Source: the human T2T-CHM13v2.0 reference genome, Homo sapiens | Length of the DNA stretch: 64,000 bases | Assembly: GCF_009914755.1 (NCBI RefSeq) | Contig: NC_060947.1 | Direction: 5' to 3' (one strand) | Shown here: positions 14,186 through 27,398 of the stretch, in pieces | How the letters are laid out: every line of letters begins with the position of its first letter | Numbering within the stretch: the stretch's first letter is position 1 | Position numbers and translations under genes: made by a program | The notes under the pieces: generated by a model | What the model was told of the DNA's origin: nothing | The model's input: only the letters and a program-made list of their open reading frames with translations | Database searches by the model: none

Positions 14186-14486
14186 CTTTCCAAAGAATAT
14201 TTTCAAGTCATCTTTACAACATCAGAATAATTTGTGTCTTAATAAATTTTACAAAACCATACGACTATGTGAATACATTGATAAGACCCACATTTAGAGT
14301 ATTGTAAGGGCCCATAAAAATAAGCAGCCACAAAGTCTTTATTAGCTACACGGTAAGTCCACCTCTGGTTCTGAGAAATTACATGAATAGTGACGTCCTT
14401 TACTAAGATGAAGAAGAGTATAGGAAACTTAAAAAAGAACAGCAGGAGTTCATTTTTGAACATGTTCAATTTTTGATATCTACTGG

Positions 14487-14612
14487 TAGGGTTAGCATAT
14501 AATTTCTTGTCCAAACCATTACACTTTTGAGTGTGAAAAAGAGCACTATTTCATAAACGATAGTTTATAAATTGGGACCATTCCAGACAAATTGAGATGT
14601 ATAATTACCCTA
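14487..14612. mobile_element. MER81 (hAT-Blackjack MITE)
   Basis: TIRs TAGGGT...ACCCTA; internal CATATAATTT...CCAAACC...ACACTTTTGAG. Confidence 0.7.
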
Positions 14613-14995
14613 CCTATTGAGCATGTAAGTAGAGATATCGAGTAGGCAATTGCTTACAGAAGGTTAGAGTTCAGGAGAGAGTTCTGACCTGAAGTACAAA
14701 TTTGTGGAGGGGACATTAATATTTAAGTGCTATTTAATGTCATGAAACTAAATATAATCATCCAGAGAAGGAATGTAGAGTAGACAAGAATGCTGAGATC
14801 TGAGCTTTGAAATGCTCAACATTTTAGAGGTCAGGAAGACAAAGATTAACCAAGTAAGAAAAGCCAGTGAGATAGAAGGAAAACCAAGAGCATGGTATTT
14901 ATGAAACCATGTAAAGAAAAAGTTTCGAGTGTCTGATCATGTGAGCCAAATGTTGCTAAGTCTAGTGAAATGAGAATTCAGAAATGATCTTTGGG

Positions 14996-15177
14996 TAGAA
15001 CCAGCTGTATAATTTGCTGGGTCCAGTGAAAAAATGAAAATGTGGGACTCTTTGTTCAAAAGTTATTAAGAATTTCAGGATGGCAACAACAGAGCATTAA
15101 CCCAAGCATAAGGCTCTTGTACGTATAGGGCCCTATATGACTGTGTAGGTTACATGAACACCATGAAACTGGCCCTG
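14996..15177 (-). mobile_element. MER45A (hAT-Tip100)
   Basis: ATAATTTGCTGGGTCCAGTG...AAAATGAAAATG...CATGAAACTGGCCCTG; 8-bp TSD TCTTTGGG / CCTTTGGG. Confidence 0.85.
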
Positions 15178-15268
15178 CCTTTGGGCCTTACAACCTGGGG
15201 GCCACTGATGACAATTACAAGAACAGTTTTGGTAGAATTATCTGAGTAAATGGCTAATTGATTTTTAG

Positions 15269-15671
15269 TGTTAAATCAAGTTTAGCCTAAATCGGCCTCC
15301 TGACATATTCTAAGTTTGGCCTAAAGGTTTCATTGTACATAGCATACTGTAATTTAAATGGAGATGTAAATAGATTATAACCTACTCTTGTGCCAATCTC
15401 TGAGATTTGGCCAATCAAAGGGGGGCAACTGTTCAAACTGTGTTCAAATAAGGCAAATGCCAGGCTATAACCAATCTGGCTGTTTGTGTACCACACTTCC
15501 GTTTTCTGTACGTCACTTTCCTTTTACTGTCTAAAAATCTTCTTCCACTATGTGGCTACCCAGGAGTTTCTCTCTGCCTACTCTGGCTCAGGAGGCTGTC
15601 CAATTCATGAACGATTCTTTGCTCAATTAAACTCTGTTAAATTTAACTTGGCTAAAGATCTTCTTTTAACA
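15269..15671 (+). mobile_element. MER57-family ERV1 solo LTR
   Basis: TGTTAAATCAAGTTTAGCCTAAA...GCTCAATTAAACTCTGTTAAATTTAA...TTTTAACA; several CCAAT boxes. Confidence 0.85.
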
Positions 15672-16829
15672 CTGGAAAGAATCGAAAGAGAAGTATAGGT
15701 ACAAACATAGATAACTGTCTTGATGTTCTTTTTTTTTTCTTAAAAAATTTTGACCTTTTAGCAAGATAAAATGGGATGGTGGCTGGAGTGAGTGTTAAGC
15801 TCAAGGGAATGTTTGCTTAAGATGAGAGAAGGACAGAATATTTGTATGCTGCCTAGAATGGCCCATTAGAGGGAGAAATTTTGATTATGCAGAGTAGTAG
15901 GATGATTACAAGAGCGATGTCCTTGATAAGGTGATGAGATGGGATTCAGAACACATGTGAAGCAACAGACAGGTCTTTCCTTTTAACAGGAGGAAAGGCA
16001 GAATGTATAGTAGAGGATGCAGGGAAGTTAGTAGACTTGGAGGTGAAATTGTGATGTAGTTCTCTTCTGATTGCTTCTGTTTTCTCAGAAAATAAGAAGC
16101 AAGACCATGAGTTGAGACCAAGGAGGAGTAAGGGAGGTTGTGTTGGAGATTTGCAGAATAAGGAGAAGGTGTCTTTTGTTTACTGTTGTACAACTTATAT
16201 TAGCATGGTATCTGGTACATATTAGTCACAGCTACAGGAGCCCTCCAACTCTGTTCTTTCTACTCTCAGGATATCTCTTGACCCTGTTCCTTTCTTCACA
16301 TTCTCAAACTACCCACACTGTTTTACGTCTGCATGATTCCTTGCTTAACTGGTTTTCCACCTTTAGTTTTTCTTTCCTCCAAATTATCCCCCACTGTGGT
16401 ATTAATATGCCTGTATTCCTCAATCAAAGAATGTTGGGTGAATAAATCAATAAACAAATAAATGGTTACACAAACATCAACATTTGACAATTACAAACAA
16501 GATGAATTTTTTTTTTTTTTTTTTTTTTTTTTACAGAGGAAAGCTAAACATAAGGCGAAATGTGTGGATCTCAAGCTTGGGTTTAGAGAACTCCTACGGA
16601 TAAAGGTCATATACCTTGTCAAACGTAGAGAGAGAGGAGAAAAAGAGAGAGAAAGAGAAAATAAAAAGTAAAATTATATCACTCTTGGCTTTATGTCAGA
16701 GTAACTTTTGTCTCTCAAAAAATAAAAGAAAATGATAAAAATAAGTCAACAGTTATGTTGCTTGTCTGAAAATAACCAGAAGTTTTTAAGACTTTTAAAA
16801 AGTGTTTGTTATTGTTTTCTAATAGCAAA

Positions 16830-17115
16830 TCAAATACATGCTCATTGAAGAACATTTGAAACAAACAGAAAAGTGTAAAAGACAAAATACAACTGCTGCC
16901 CAGACATTGTTAACATCACCATTCATTTTTCTGGTCGTATATTTTAAATTGACTTCATACTCTTCTTACAGTGTATTCTGCTATTTTTAGTCATTTATAA
17001 GCATTCTCACTGTTATTAAATATTCTTCTAAAATATTCATTATAATGGCTGCAGTAGATTCTATCATGTAGGTGTACCATAATGTAAGCATTTCTTTATT
17101 GTTGATCATTTATGT
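16830..17115 (-). mobile_element. L1ME-type 3' fragment
   Basis: AATGGCTGCAGTAGATTCTATCATGTAGGTGTACCATAAT antisense L1 motif. Confidence 0.45.
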
Positions 17116-18052
17116 TTAGCTTTTCTTTTTGAGTAAGCTAAAACTATCATGAGACTGAAGTATGATCATGATCATTATCTTTCCATTTTGATGAGTTCAG
17201 AGGAGTGAGATCCAGCAGGCAATTATCAGCTTCTCTCCCCTTCCTTGATCTTTGTCACATCACTTTATATTCTCTATCTAAACTAAAGTTTATACCCTTC
17301 TTTCTAAAGAATAATTCCAGGGAAGCAGTCCACATTTTAAAAAACATCTGAGCTCTAGAGCAGACACATTTTTGCTACTGTCTTTTTTTTTTTTTTTTTT
17401 TTAAATCCTTTAAGATAACACAGCAGGGACAAAACACTTAAAAGAAACATACTGCTATAAAAGCTACACAATCTCTCTTAGATAACGCTGCTAGACCTCT
17501 TTTGAAATTGGACTCTACTTGTAGTTTACATTTTGTTATAGCTGAATTTATTAAGATCCCATGAAGATGGAAGTAGTGTGGGGAGCTGAGAGTAGATGCC
17601 TCCTACTTTGTCTCTATTCCTATTTGCAGGTGACTTGGAAATTCCCAAATTACAGAGAATAAAAAAACTTTGTAATTCAGAGTTTGTGAAATTCCCAGAA
17701 CACCTGTTTTAAAGGCATGCTGCTCTGTTGATGAATCACCCAAGCTTTATAAAATGATTCATCATTAATCATTACAAAAAATAAGCTTAACAATTCATAA
17801 GCTCAAAATAATGCTATATTATTAGCTTCATATTTATTAAAACCACATTACTTTGACTACATTTGGAAACAAAGGAACTTCTAAAAGTTTACTCCAAAAA
17901 ATGACAGAACTTTTCATTCCTTCAATGTTCTATTTAGCCATATCCATCAAAATGACATTTTTTAGCAGAGGAAAAACTTGGTAAATTACTTTTTTTTCCT
18001 AAAAGGGGAATAGTATTTCTAGGTCTTTGGTCTATGTTTCTGCATAGATCAT

Positions 18053-18881
18053 TGAATAGAAAAAAAACACAGTTTTTTTCTCTTACTATACTTTCAAAAC
18101 TCAACACAGAACACTTCTGTGAACAAATATGTGGGTGCCTCTCCCACAGCAAGCAATTCTCTGACACTAGCTAGGTATCCCACAATTCAAGCTGACACTG
18201 ACCAGAGTTAGTGCAGACCTCACAGGTTAAGGGTTCAGTCCCATAAGACTTCCCTCACCCAACTTCAGAAACCAATGACAGGTAGTAAGTTTTCAAGTTA
18301 CCTACAACTTCTGTCTGACTTGGTAAAAATCAGAGGTTTGCATGACCCCATTTTCAGGTTCCATTTGCAAGAGCAGTTCACAGACTCCAGGAAAAGAGTT
18401 TACTTACTGTTACTTATTTATTACAAAGGATATTGTAAAGAATGTAAATGGAAAGCCAGATGAAGAGATACATAGGGCAAGGTTCAGAGAGATCTTGAGC
18501 ACAGGAGCTTCTGTCTCTGTAGAGTTGGGGTGCAGCCACCCTCCCAGCATGCTAATGTGTCCTTGCTCACCAACCTGGAAGCTCTCCAGAACCGCATACT
18601 TTTGGAATTTTTATGGAGGCTTTGTCATGTAGGTATGAACAATTACTAACTCAATTTCTAGCCCCTCTTCCCTCCCTCTCTGGAGAAGGGGCTGGGAGTG
18701 GGGTTGAAAGTTCCAAGCTCCTAATCATGCCTTGGTCTTTCTGGTGACCAGCCCCCATGCAGGAGCCCACCAAGACACCTCATTAGAATAAAAGATGCTC
18801 CTGTCACCTGGGAAATTACAAGAGTTTTAGAAGCTTTATGCCAGGAACCAGGGACAAAGACTAATATATTATTATTTCACA
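18053..18881 (-). mobile_element. MER21-family LTR
   Basis: CAACACAGAACACTTCTGTG, CAGGTTAAGGGTTCAGTCCCA, GAAGAGATACATAGGGCAAGG, CCAGGAACCAGGGACAAAGAC...TTTCACA motifs. Confidence 0.8.
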
Positions 18882-19329
18882 AACACATACTTACCTCTAC
18901 ACAAAACTATGTGTTGTTATACTTAAAGTGTGAGAGTCTGGGCTCTGGAAATTTCCTGTCACTTGGCTATGTTTCCAAGTATTTGAAGTCTCCATTTCTA
19001 AGTCACGGATGAGAAAACTGAGGCCAGGATGGTTCACTAGTAAGATCAGGGTCACATCTGTGCTCAAACAAAGCTTTAAGGAGAACTAACAACCCCTGGG
19101 TTTCCAATCTATTGCTGAACCAGTGAGTGAATCTGTCTGTGTTTTCTAGGCACAGTTTAGTTCAGCTCTGCTTTTCCACACCTGCCTGGGGCTTTTCCTA
19201 ATCAGCGTCAGACCAGGAGCCTTAATTGTGATGTCTGTAGACCGGTCTCTGTCTTTCCTTATGTGCCTTAAAAGCATGTATATACAGGGGAAGCTTATAC
19301 TGGGAGTGGATGAATACAGGGGACTCTAT

Positions 19330-19500
19330 ATGCTTTGGAACCACATTGGAGAAGCTCTACTGGGGCAAATCACTTAACCTATTTGAGCCTTTATTGCCTC
19401 ATATTTAAAATGGGATTGTCTTAGTTCCTATGTTTGAGGATTTTATAGTATTTAATGAGTTCACTTAACACCATGCTTGGCACAAAAAAGGCACTCTATA
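19330..19500 (+). mobile_element. MIR fragment
   Basis: GGGCAAATCACTTAACCTATTTGAGCCT...CTCATATTTAAAATGGG core. Confidence 0.55.
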
Positions 19501-19675
19501 TTTACTCTAGAAAAATAGCATACTACTGTGCTGGCAAAGCATTAGATTGTGGATCCATCTTTTTTTTTTTTCTTTTGTTCTGTGAATGAAGCTATGAAGC
19601 TTGCTCTGGTGTTTTCTATCATACACATGGATGAAGCACTTAGTTCCAGAATTAACATGATAAGAGTAAGACTCC

Positions 19676-21952
19676 TGATGTGGTTTGGCTGTGTCCCCAC
19701 CCAAATATCATCTTGAATTGTAGTTCCTATAATCCCCAGGTGCCACGGGAGGGACCCAGTGGGAGGTAATTTAATCATGAGGGCGCTTACCCTCATGCTG
19801 TTCTTGTGATAGTGGTGAGTTCTCATGACATCTGATGGTTTTATAAGGGGCTTTTCCCCCTTTTGCTCGGCACTTCTCCTTGTTGCCATCATGTGAAGAA
19901 GGACGTGTTTGCTTCCCTTTCTGCCATGACTGTATATTTCTGGAGGCCTCCCCAGCCATGTGGAACTGTGAGTCAATTAAACCTCTTTTCTTCATAGAAG
20001 CCTGAGAACAGACTAATGGAGTAAATTGGTACCACAGAGAGTGGGGTGCCACTAAAAGGATACCGGAAAATGTGGAAGTGACTTTGGAATTGGGTAACAG
20101 GCAGAGGTTGGAACAATTTGGAGGGCTCAGAAGAAGACAGGGAAATGTGGGAAAGTTTGGAACTTCCTAGAGACTTGTTGAATAGCTTTGACCAAGATGC
20201 TGATAGTGATATGGACAATGAAGTCCAGGCTAAGGTGATCTCAGATGAAGATGAGGGACTTGTTGGGAACTGGAGTAAAGGTCACTCTTACTATGCAAAG
20301 AGACTGGCAGCATTTTGCCCCTGCCCTAGAGATCTGTGGAACTTTGAACTTGAGAGAGATGATTTAGGGTATTTGACAGAAGAAATTTCTAAGCAGCAAA
20401 GTGTTCAAGAGGAAGCAGAGCATAAAAGTTTGGAAAATTTGCAGCCTGATGATGTGATAGAAAAGAAATACTCATTTTCTGGGGAGAAATTCAAGCCTGC
20501 TGTGTAAATTTGCATAAGTAATGAGGAGCCAAATGTTATTCACCAAGATAATGGGGCAAACCATCTCCAGGGGATGTCAGAGACCTTCATAGCAGCCCCT
20601 CCTATCATAGGCCTGGAGCACTAGGAGGGAAAAATGGTTTCCTGGGCTGGGCCCAGGGCGCCCCCTGCTGTATGCAGCCTCATAGCATGGTGCTCTGTGT
20701 CCCAGTTGCTTCGGCTCCAGCTGTGGCTAAAAGGGGCCAACGTACAGCTCAGGCATTTGCTTCAGAGGGTGCAAGCTCCAAGCCTTGGTGGTTTCCATTT
20801 GGTGTTGAGCCTGTGGGTGCACAGAAGTCAAGAATAGAGGTTTGAGAACCTCTGCCTAGATTTCAGAGGATGTATGGAAATGCCTGGATGTCCAGCCAAA
20901 AGTTTGCTGCAGGGGTGGAGCCTTCATGGAGAACCTCTGCTAAGGCAGTGCAGAAGGGAAATGTGGGGTTGGAGCCCCCACACAGAGTCCCTACTGGGAC
21001 ACTGCATAGTGGAGCTGTGAGAAGAGGGCCATTGTCTTCCAGACCCCAGAATGGTAGATCCACTGACACCTTGCACTGTGCATCTGGAAAAGCCACAGAC
21101 ACTCAATGCCAGCCCATGAAAGCAGCCAGGGAGCAGGGGAGCTGTACCCTGCAAAGCCACAGGGGCAGAGCTGCCCAAGGCTGTGGGAGCCCATCTCTTG
21201 CATCAGCATGACCTGGATGTGAGACATGGAGTAAAAGGACATAATTTTGAAACTTTAAGTTTTAATCACTGCCCTATTGGATGTCGGACTTGCATGGGGC
21301 CTATAGCCCCTTTGTTTTGCCCAATTTCTCTCATTTGGAATGGGTGTATTTACCCAATGTCTGTAACCCCATTGTATCTAGGACATAACTAACTTGCTTT
21401 TGATTTTACAGGCTCATAGGTGGAAGGGACTTGCCTTGTCTTAGATTAAGCCTTTGGACTTGGACTTTTGAGTTAATGCTGGAATGAGTTAAGACTTTGG
21501 GGGACTGTTGGAAGGGCATGACTGTGTTTTGAAATATGAGGACATGAGATTTTGGAGGGGCCAGGGGTAGAATGATGTGGTTTGGCTGTGTCCCCACCCA
21601 AATCTCATATTGCATTATAGTTCCCATAATCCCCATGTGTCATGGGAGGGACACTGTGGAAGGCAATTTAATCATGGGAGCAGTTACCTTCATGCTATTC
21701 TCATGATAGTGAGTGAGTTCTCATGAGATCTGATGGTTTTATAAGGGACTTTCCCCCCTTTTGCTTGGCACTTCTCCTTGCTGCTGCCATGTGAAGAAGA
21801 ACGTGTTTGTGTCCCTTTCTGCCATAACTGTAAGTTTCCTGATTTTAAGTTTCCCAGCCATGCTGAACTGTGAGTCAATTAAACTTCTTTCCTTTATAAA
21901 TAACCCAGTCCTGGATATGTCTTTATTAGCAGCATGAGAATGGACTAATGCA
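19676..21952 (+). mobile_element. Two-LTR THE1 (THE1C-like) provirus: 5' LTR 19676-20020, internal 20021-21572, 3' LTR 21573-21952
   Basis: Direct LTRs, internal start GTAAATTGGTACC, polypurine tract GGAGGGGCCAGGGGTAGAA; perfect TSD ACTCC (19671-19675, 21953-21957). Confidence 0.95.
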
Positions 21953-23545
21953 ACTCCCAAATGCAGTTATTTGTCCAGGACCTTAAATAATGTTGCAATT
22001 TTCAAAAACTACTTCAAAGTTACCTTGGAAAAAAATAGTAATGGGCAGAGCTTCCTTCTCATGCTTCCATTTCATTAAGCATGAAAATAGAAATATAAGA
22101 AGTGCTAAGAGAAATTACCTGCCCATTTTATTGAAGGTTTCCCTCCCCCAGGATGGCATCTAATTGCTTCTTGAATAGTTCTAGTGAGTTGCTTTTAAAA
22201 ATGTGTCTTTTTGTTTCTAAAAGCATTTTCCATATCTATGACTTGGAAGGATATGAGGTTACATCAAATTTATACTTGCTCTTTGGCTTAAAATACATGC
22301 TTTGTATACAACAGACTAACATACATTGGAGCAAATAACAGGTCCCAAATCAGAAAGAACTCAAGCACTTTATCACTACACCTTGTTGTTAGCTGCCTTG
22401 GACCCTGGGTAATTTCTCTTAAGGGAGAAAACGTTGGAGCTGCAAGACATAGGATTAATTACTTTAACCTACTTCTATTTACGAATGTACAATTCCTGTG
22501 GATCAGTCTCAAGCTCACTGCTTCTGAATAACAAAACAGCATAATTTAGGCTCACCCACTAAGGTCCTGTCCTCATTACTGCAAACTAGACCCAGAACAA
22601 TCTCTTTCCTAATGATGGCCCTTTTCTGGCCATTTTGGCATTATTTCAAGATCATATTAAGACAGTTTTTCAGTAACTACCAAAAGACAATTATTATTTC
22701 AAAAATTAGAGCAATAAGAGCATATCAAACTCTTCAAAGGAAAGAAACCCTAGAATATATAGCTACTGAAGATATAAATTAGTGAGTACATGAAAGTGAC
22801 AAGGAAAACAATTCTCCAGCCAAGAAGAAAATGAGTTGACTCTCATCTTATGTGACATGTGTTTTCACTCCTTTTGCCTGAACAATAGCCAGCATCAGCA
22901 GAATCCAGATTTTATTGTGACCACTGGAAAATGCTTCTTTCCCTGAAAAGTATGGGAAAGATATGTAAGGAAACGGAATTTAAGAAAAAGTGTAATGGGA
23001 AAGTGGGGTGGGAGAATTTGAAGTCCCAAGGCTCTACCAAATAAAGAAGCCTTCTCAACCCTAAACTGTCAAGTGGTAGGTTTGGCAGCAAGTCCCCACT
23101 CTGTAGGACCTTTTGCTGAAGTCCCAAGTTCCATCAGGAGTAAATAATTTCTTTTGGTTGGGGGATTGTCCCTTATTCAAATGTAAGTCCCCTAAAGGAT
23201 TAAACTCAAAAGTTGTCATTCCTAGAGGAATTAAGTTACTAGGCACTTCCCAGCAAGGTGGAGAGTGAAAAGAAGACAGAAAGGGATGAAAAGGAGGCTT
23301 TGGAGGGTGCTAAAACAAACTGAGAAACTGAATGGTGAAAGATTCTTCTTCCTGTAGGCTATGAAGAAAAGGTCTAACTTTATAGCAGAAACCAAATGTT
23401 TCAAAAGAGCAAGTGCATTTTGGATGGGAGAGGGGGCATGCGAGCAAAGGGAGAGTTGTGGAGGGGTATGGGTGCACACAAAGACAATGCAGCCTTGGGA
23501 GCTGTTTTTATATTAAACAAGATTAGATATGTGTACATATGTGTT

Positions 23546-23571
23546 GGGGTGAGGGTGCGGTGGGGTTTGGG
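23546..23571 (+). other. Canonical G-quadruplex motif
   Basis: GGGG-TGA-GGG-TGCGGT-GGGG-TTT-GGG fits four G3+ runs with 1-7 nt loops. Confidence 0.5.
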
Positions 23572-24426
23572 TTCCAGAAGGAATGGCTGGAGAGTTAACA
23601 TTCCATGTGGCCATGTGGTTAGTTAGAAGCCTAAACTCTTTTTGAGGCCAAAGCATGTTGAGTTGTAGTTCTCTATACTTTGTGCTTTGTATGCTAGTAT
23701 GAGGAAAAGCTTTACCAACTGTAACCCAGTTGTTCGTTGACTCACGAACTTCCAGCTGCGTAGAAGCAGAGTCTCAGCCTTGCAACCTGCAAATGTTCCC
23801 CAGTTATTTCTGAGAGTCCCCAGAGGAGTGCTTCATATGTGCCTATAAACTAATCGATTGGTTAGTCCCACTGAGTGGAGTCTTCTATATTTTTCTTCTG
23901 TTCCCATCTGTCTATATCCTCTCCCCTTAAAATATCCTTTAGGGACTTCACTGCTGTTATAGACCATAATGATAAGGCCATTGTCTATGTCAAAGATGTT
24001 CCTCATCTTCTGCCTCTAGCTTCCTTTCTATATAGGAGCATCAAAGCCAGTCCAAAGAACACAGTGCAAATGGAGCTCATTCCAGCTCTTTGGGTCTTTC
24101 ACTATAGTCCTCCCCAGCACCCCTCTCCCAATCAAACCTTTTTCTTTCTTTAACCAATTGCAAAACAAAAGCCCTGCACATATGACTGGAAGCCATTCCC
24201 TGTATTTTGGGCAAAAGTGAGCATACAAATGTATGTGTATTCATGGGTAGGTGTGGGTGAAGATGTGATGGAGTGTGAAGGAGAGGTAAAGATGCCAGTG
24301 AGTAGGTGCCACCCATTTCTTTGATGGCCTGATTATTCCAAATAAGCAGACTGGAATGGATGGATAATTACTGGGTCCTCCATCACAGCAGGGGAACAGC
24401 TTCCACATATTCATCTACAATTGGAT

Positions 24427-25132
24427 TGTTACCAGTGGAAGTATCCGAGTTACCAGTGGCGAATCTGTATGGGTCTGCGGCAACTTTAATTTTTGCCACT
24501 TCAGAAGAAAGAATTCGACTGAGGGTCAAAAGGCAGAAAAAGAGAACAAGGTCAATTTCAGAGCAGGTGTGGATGTTTATTTAAAAAGGCTTTAGAACAG
24601 GAAAGAAAGGAAGGTACGCTTGGAAGAGACCCAAGCAGGCACATGAAGGTTAAGTGCCTGAAGGTCAAGTGCCCTGTTTAACTGTGATCCTAGGGCTTTA
24701 TAGGCTCGCCTCTTTCCCATGCTTCTTCCCTTAGGGTGGGCTGCCCACGTGCGCAGTGCCCTCCCTATCCTTGGGAAGTGAGCACGCGCAGTGTGTTTAG
24801 GAAGTTGTACACATGCCCACCTACCTGAGGCTTCCTTCCCTTTTCCGGTGGAGTGTCTCTGGAAGGTCATACGTCACCATTTTATCTCTTTACGCACATG
24901 CCTAGGAAGTAGTTTACCCCTGGTGCCTGCATTCAATTAACAATTTAATGTTAACAGCTGTGGATCATCAGGAGATTGTCTCTTCCTTGCATCCTGGTAC
25001 CCGCTGCTGAATTATCATTTTTAGAGAGGCAATGTGATAATTGTCGGACCATCACCTGACATTCCTAGTGGGTAGGGGGGAAGAGCCCTCTCCTGCCCTG
25101 CCCCGCTCATGCCTATCTAATTACCTGTAACA
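24427..25132 (-). mobile_element. MER50-like ERV1 solo LTR
   Basis: TGTTACCAGTGGAAGTATCCGAGTTACC...CAGAAGAAAGAATTCGACTGAGG...ACCTGTAACA; perfect 4-bp TSD GGAT. Confidence 0.85.
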
Positions 25133-25327
25133 GGATGGCTCAGGTTAATCAGGGAGATGGTGGTCAGGAAATACCAGCATTTTCACCTTCCTTCGGTTTG
25201 TTGTTTAAAGTAGCTCAGGTCTTTTGTGAGCCAGGCTTTCTGTGCCCCCTCCCCAAATGTTAGAAATTATCTTTGTTGAATAGAAAGACATAAGCAAGAT
25301 TAACATTGACTTTTCAGTCAAATTTGA

Positions 25328-25713
<386 letters not shown>

Positions 25714-26848
25714 TCCTATCTTCTTCATCAGTGTTAAAATATCCTCCAGGAATTAGATGGAGCCCATGTATCCAGTTAGAGGCACACAGTAGGCACTCAA
25801 TAAATATGTGTTGAGCCCAGTTACATCAGGGGCCTGGCATGTTGCTTTTTCTCCAGGATGTTAAGCAAAACAATTCATGAGCTCAGGATATGACTACTAT
25901 GGATGCATTTATTCCACTTGCTTAGCAATTGAAAATGATGAAGCCATAGACTTGTCCAAGGCAATATCGCAGAAATGTTGATGGAGTACAGAAGATTGTA
26001 TTATGTTTTCTGAGTAGAATTCAGTGGTTTTGGAGGTGGCCCTTGCTAAAGATTGGAAGCAGGACATGCTCTTTGTAATGGTCTTATCAACTCTACTAGC
26101 AAAGGATGCAGATGCTTCAAATTACAGAGGCAATTTTTACTTTCCAAATGATTTCAAGACTGATGTTTTAAGTGGCTTTAATAGAGGAGAAGCTGCACAG
26201 AAAAGGTGATCTTTGTCTACCTCGTCAAATAAAGAAACAAAATACAAAATAAAAGACTCTTAAAATAAGCAAGAACTTCTTAAAGGATTTTCTAACACAA
26301 CCACATACATGCATAAGAATTCAGAAGTGCAGGAAGCCACTGTTTTTAATACAATCAGGTTCACAGCACCAAAGCAGTTGAGTAGAAAGAATAAGCAAGG
26401 ATGTTTGTAGTGATATTCAGAGGTTAACAAAAAATTAACAGAGCCAGACTCCAAATGAAATGGTTATGGGCCAAGAATAACTAGATGTGTGGGAGTGGAA
26501 AAAGGCTTTAAAACGCTGAAACCTCAATAAAAGTTCAGGGCAAGAAGATTGAATCCAAAGTATTAACACCCACTGAAAAAGAAAATAAAGTTGTGTGCAC
26601 TAAATTGGAAATGCTTGAAAATCGAGATTTCACTGAAACTTTCTTCTGGAGAGAACCATTGTTTCTAACTTTCATAAAACAAAGGAAAAAAATGTTTAAA
26701 GAGGGGATCATATGGACATATCATTATGGTACTACTAAATTGGGAGAAAAATACAAAGCAAAGTGTATGGAAAGGTAGCAGCTAAGAAATGATTGCTATT
26801 CATTTACTTTTCATAATTAATCCGTTGCTGACAAAGAAAAAAATTCAA

Positions 26849-27140
26849 TTTTTTTTTAAACAGGATGTCACTCTGTTGCCCAGGTTGGAGTGCACTGGTG
26901 TGATCACAGCCCACTGTAGCCTTAACCTCCCGGGCTTAAGTGATCCTTCCACCTCAGCCTCCTGAGTAGCTGGGACTATGGGAGTGCACCACCAGCCTGG
27001 CTAATTTTCTTTTTTTTCTAAATAGAGATGAGGTCTGACTATGTTGCCCAGGCTGGTCTAGAACTCCTGGGCTCAAACAACCCTCCTGCCTTGGCCTCCC
27101 AAAATGCTGGGGTTACAGGCCCCAGCCCCTGCATGTGGCC
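26849..27140 (-). mobile_element. AluJ
   Basis: J diagnostics (GATCACAGCCCACTGTAGCC, CTCCTGGGCTCAA), diverged. Confidence 0.88.
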
Positions 27141-27171
27141 TACGAAACAAACTTGAAAGAGATGAAATCTT

Positions 27172-27320
27172 GGCCAGATGAGGTGGCTGAGGTCTGTAAC
27201 CCCAGCACTTTGGGAGGCCAAGGAGGGAAGACTGCTTGAGCCTAGACGTTCGAGACCAGCCTGGGAAATATAGCAAGACCCCATCTCTACAATAAATAAG
27301 TAAATAGATAGATAAATAAA
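27172..27320 (+). mobile_element. Alu left-arm monomer (FLAM-like)
   Basis: Single left arm ending CCCCATCTCTAC followed by a (TAAA/TAGA)n tail. Confidence 0.85.
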
Positions 27321-27398
27321 TAATATCTAGGGAAAGATAATGCTGAAAAACTGACTGGGTGAAATGGGCTGAATTTCCTGCCATGCCACTTAGATGAG

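Noticed and set aside
19507-21960. Dense overlapping ORFs resembling an operon
   Set aside because: All lie in or overlap the THE1 provirus, whose higher GC content lengthens chance ORFs
24427-24460. Direct repeat GTTACCAGTGG as a regulatory or CRISPR-like repeat
   Set aside because: Only two units, located at the terminus of the MER50-like LTR
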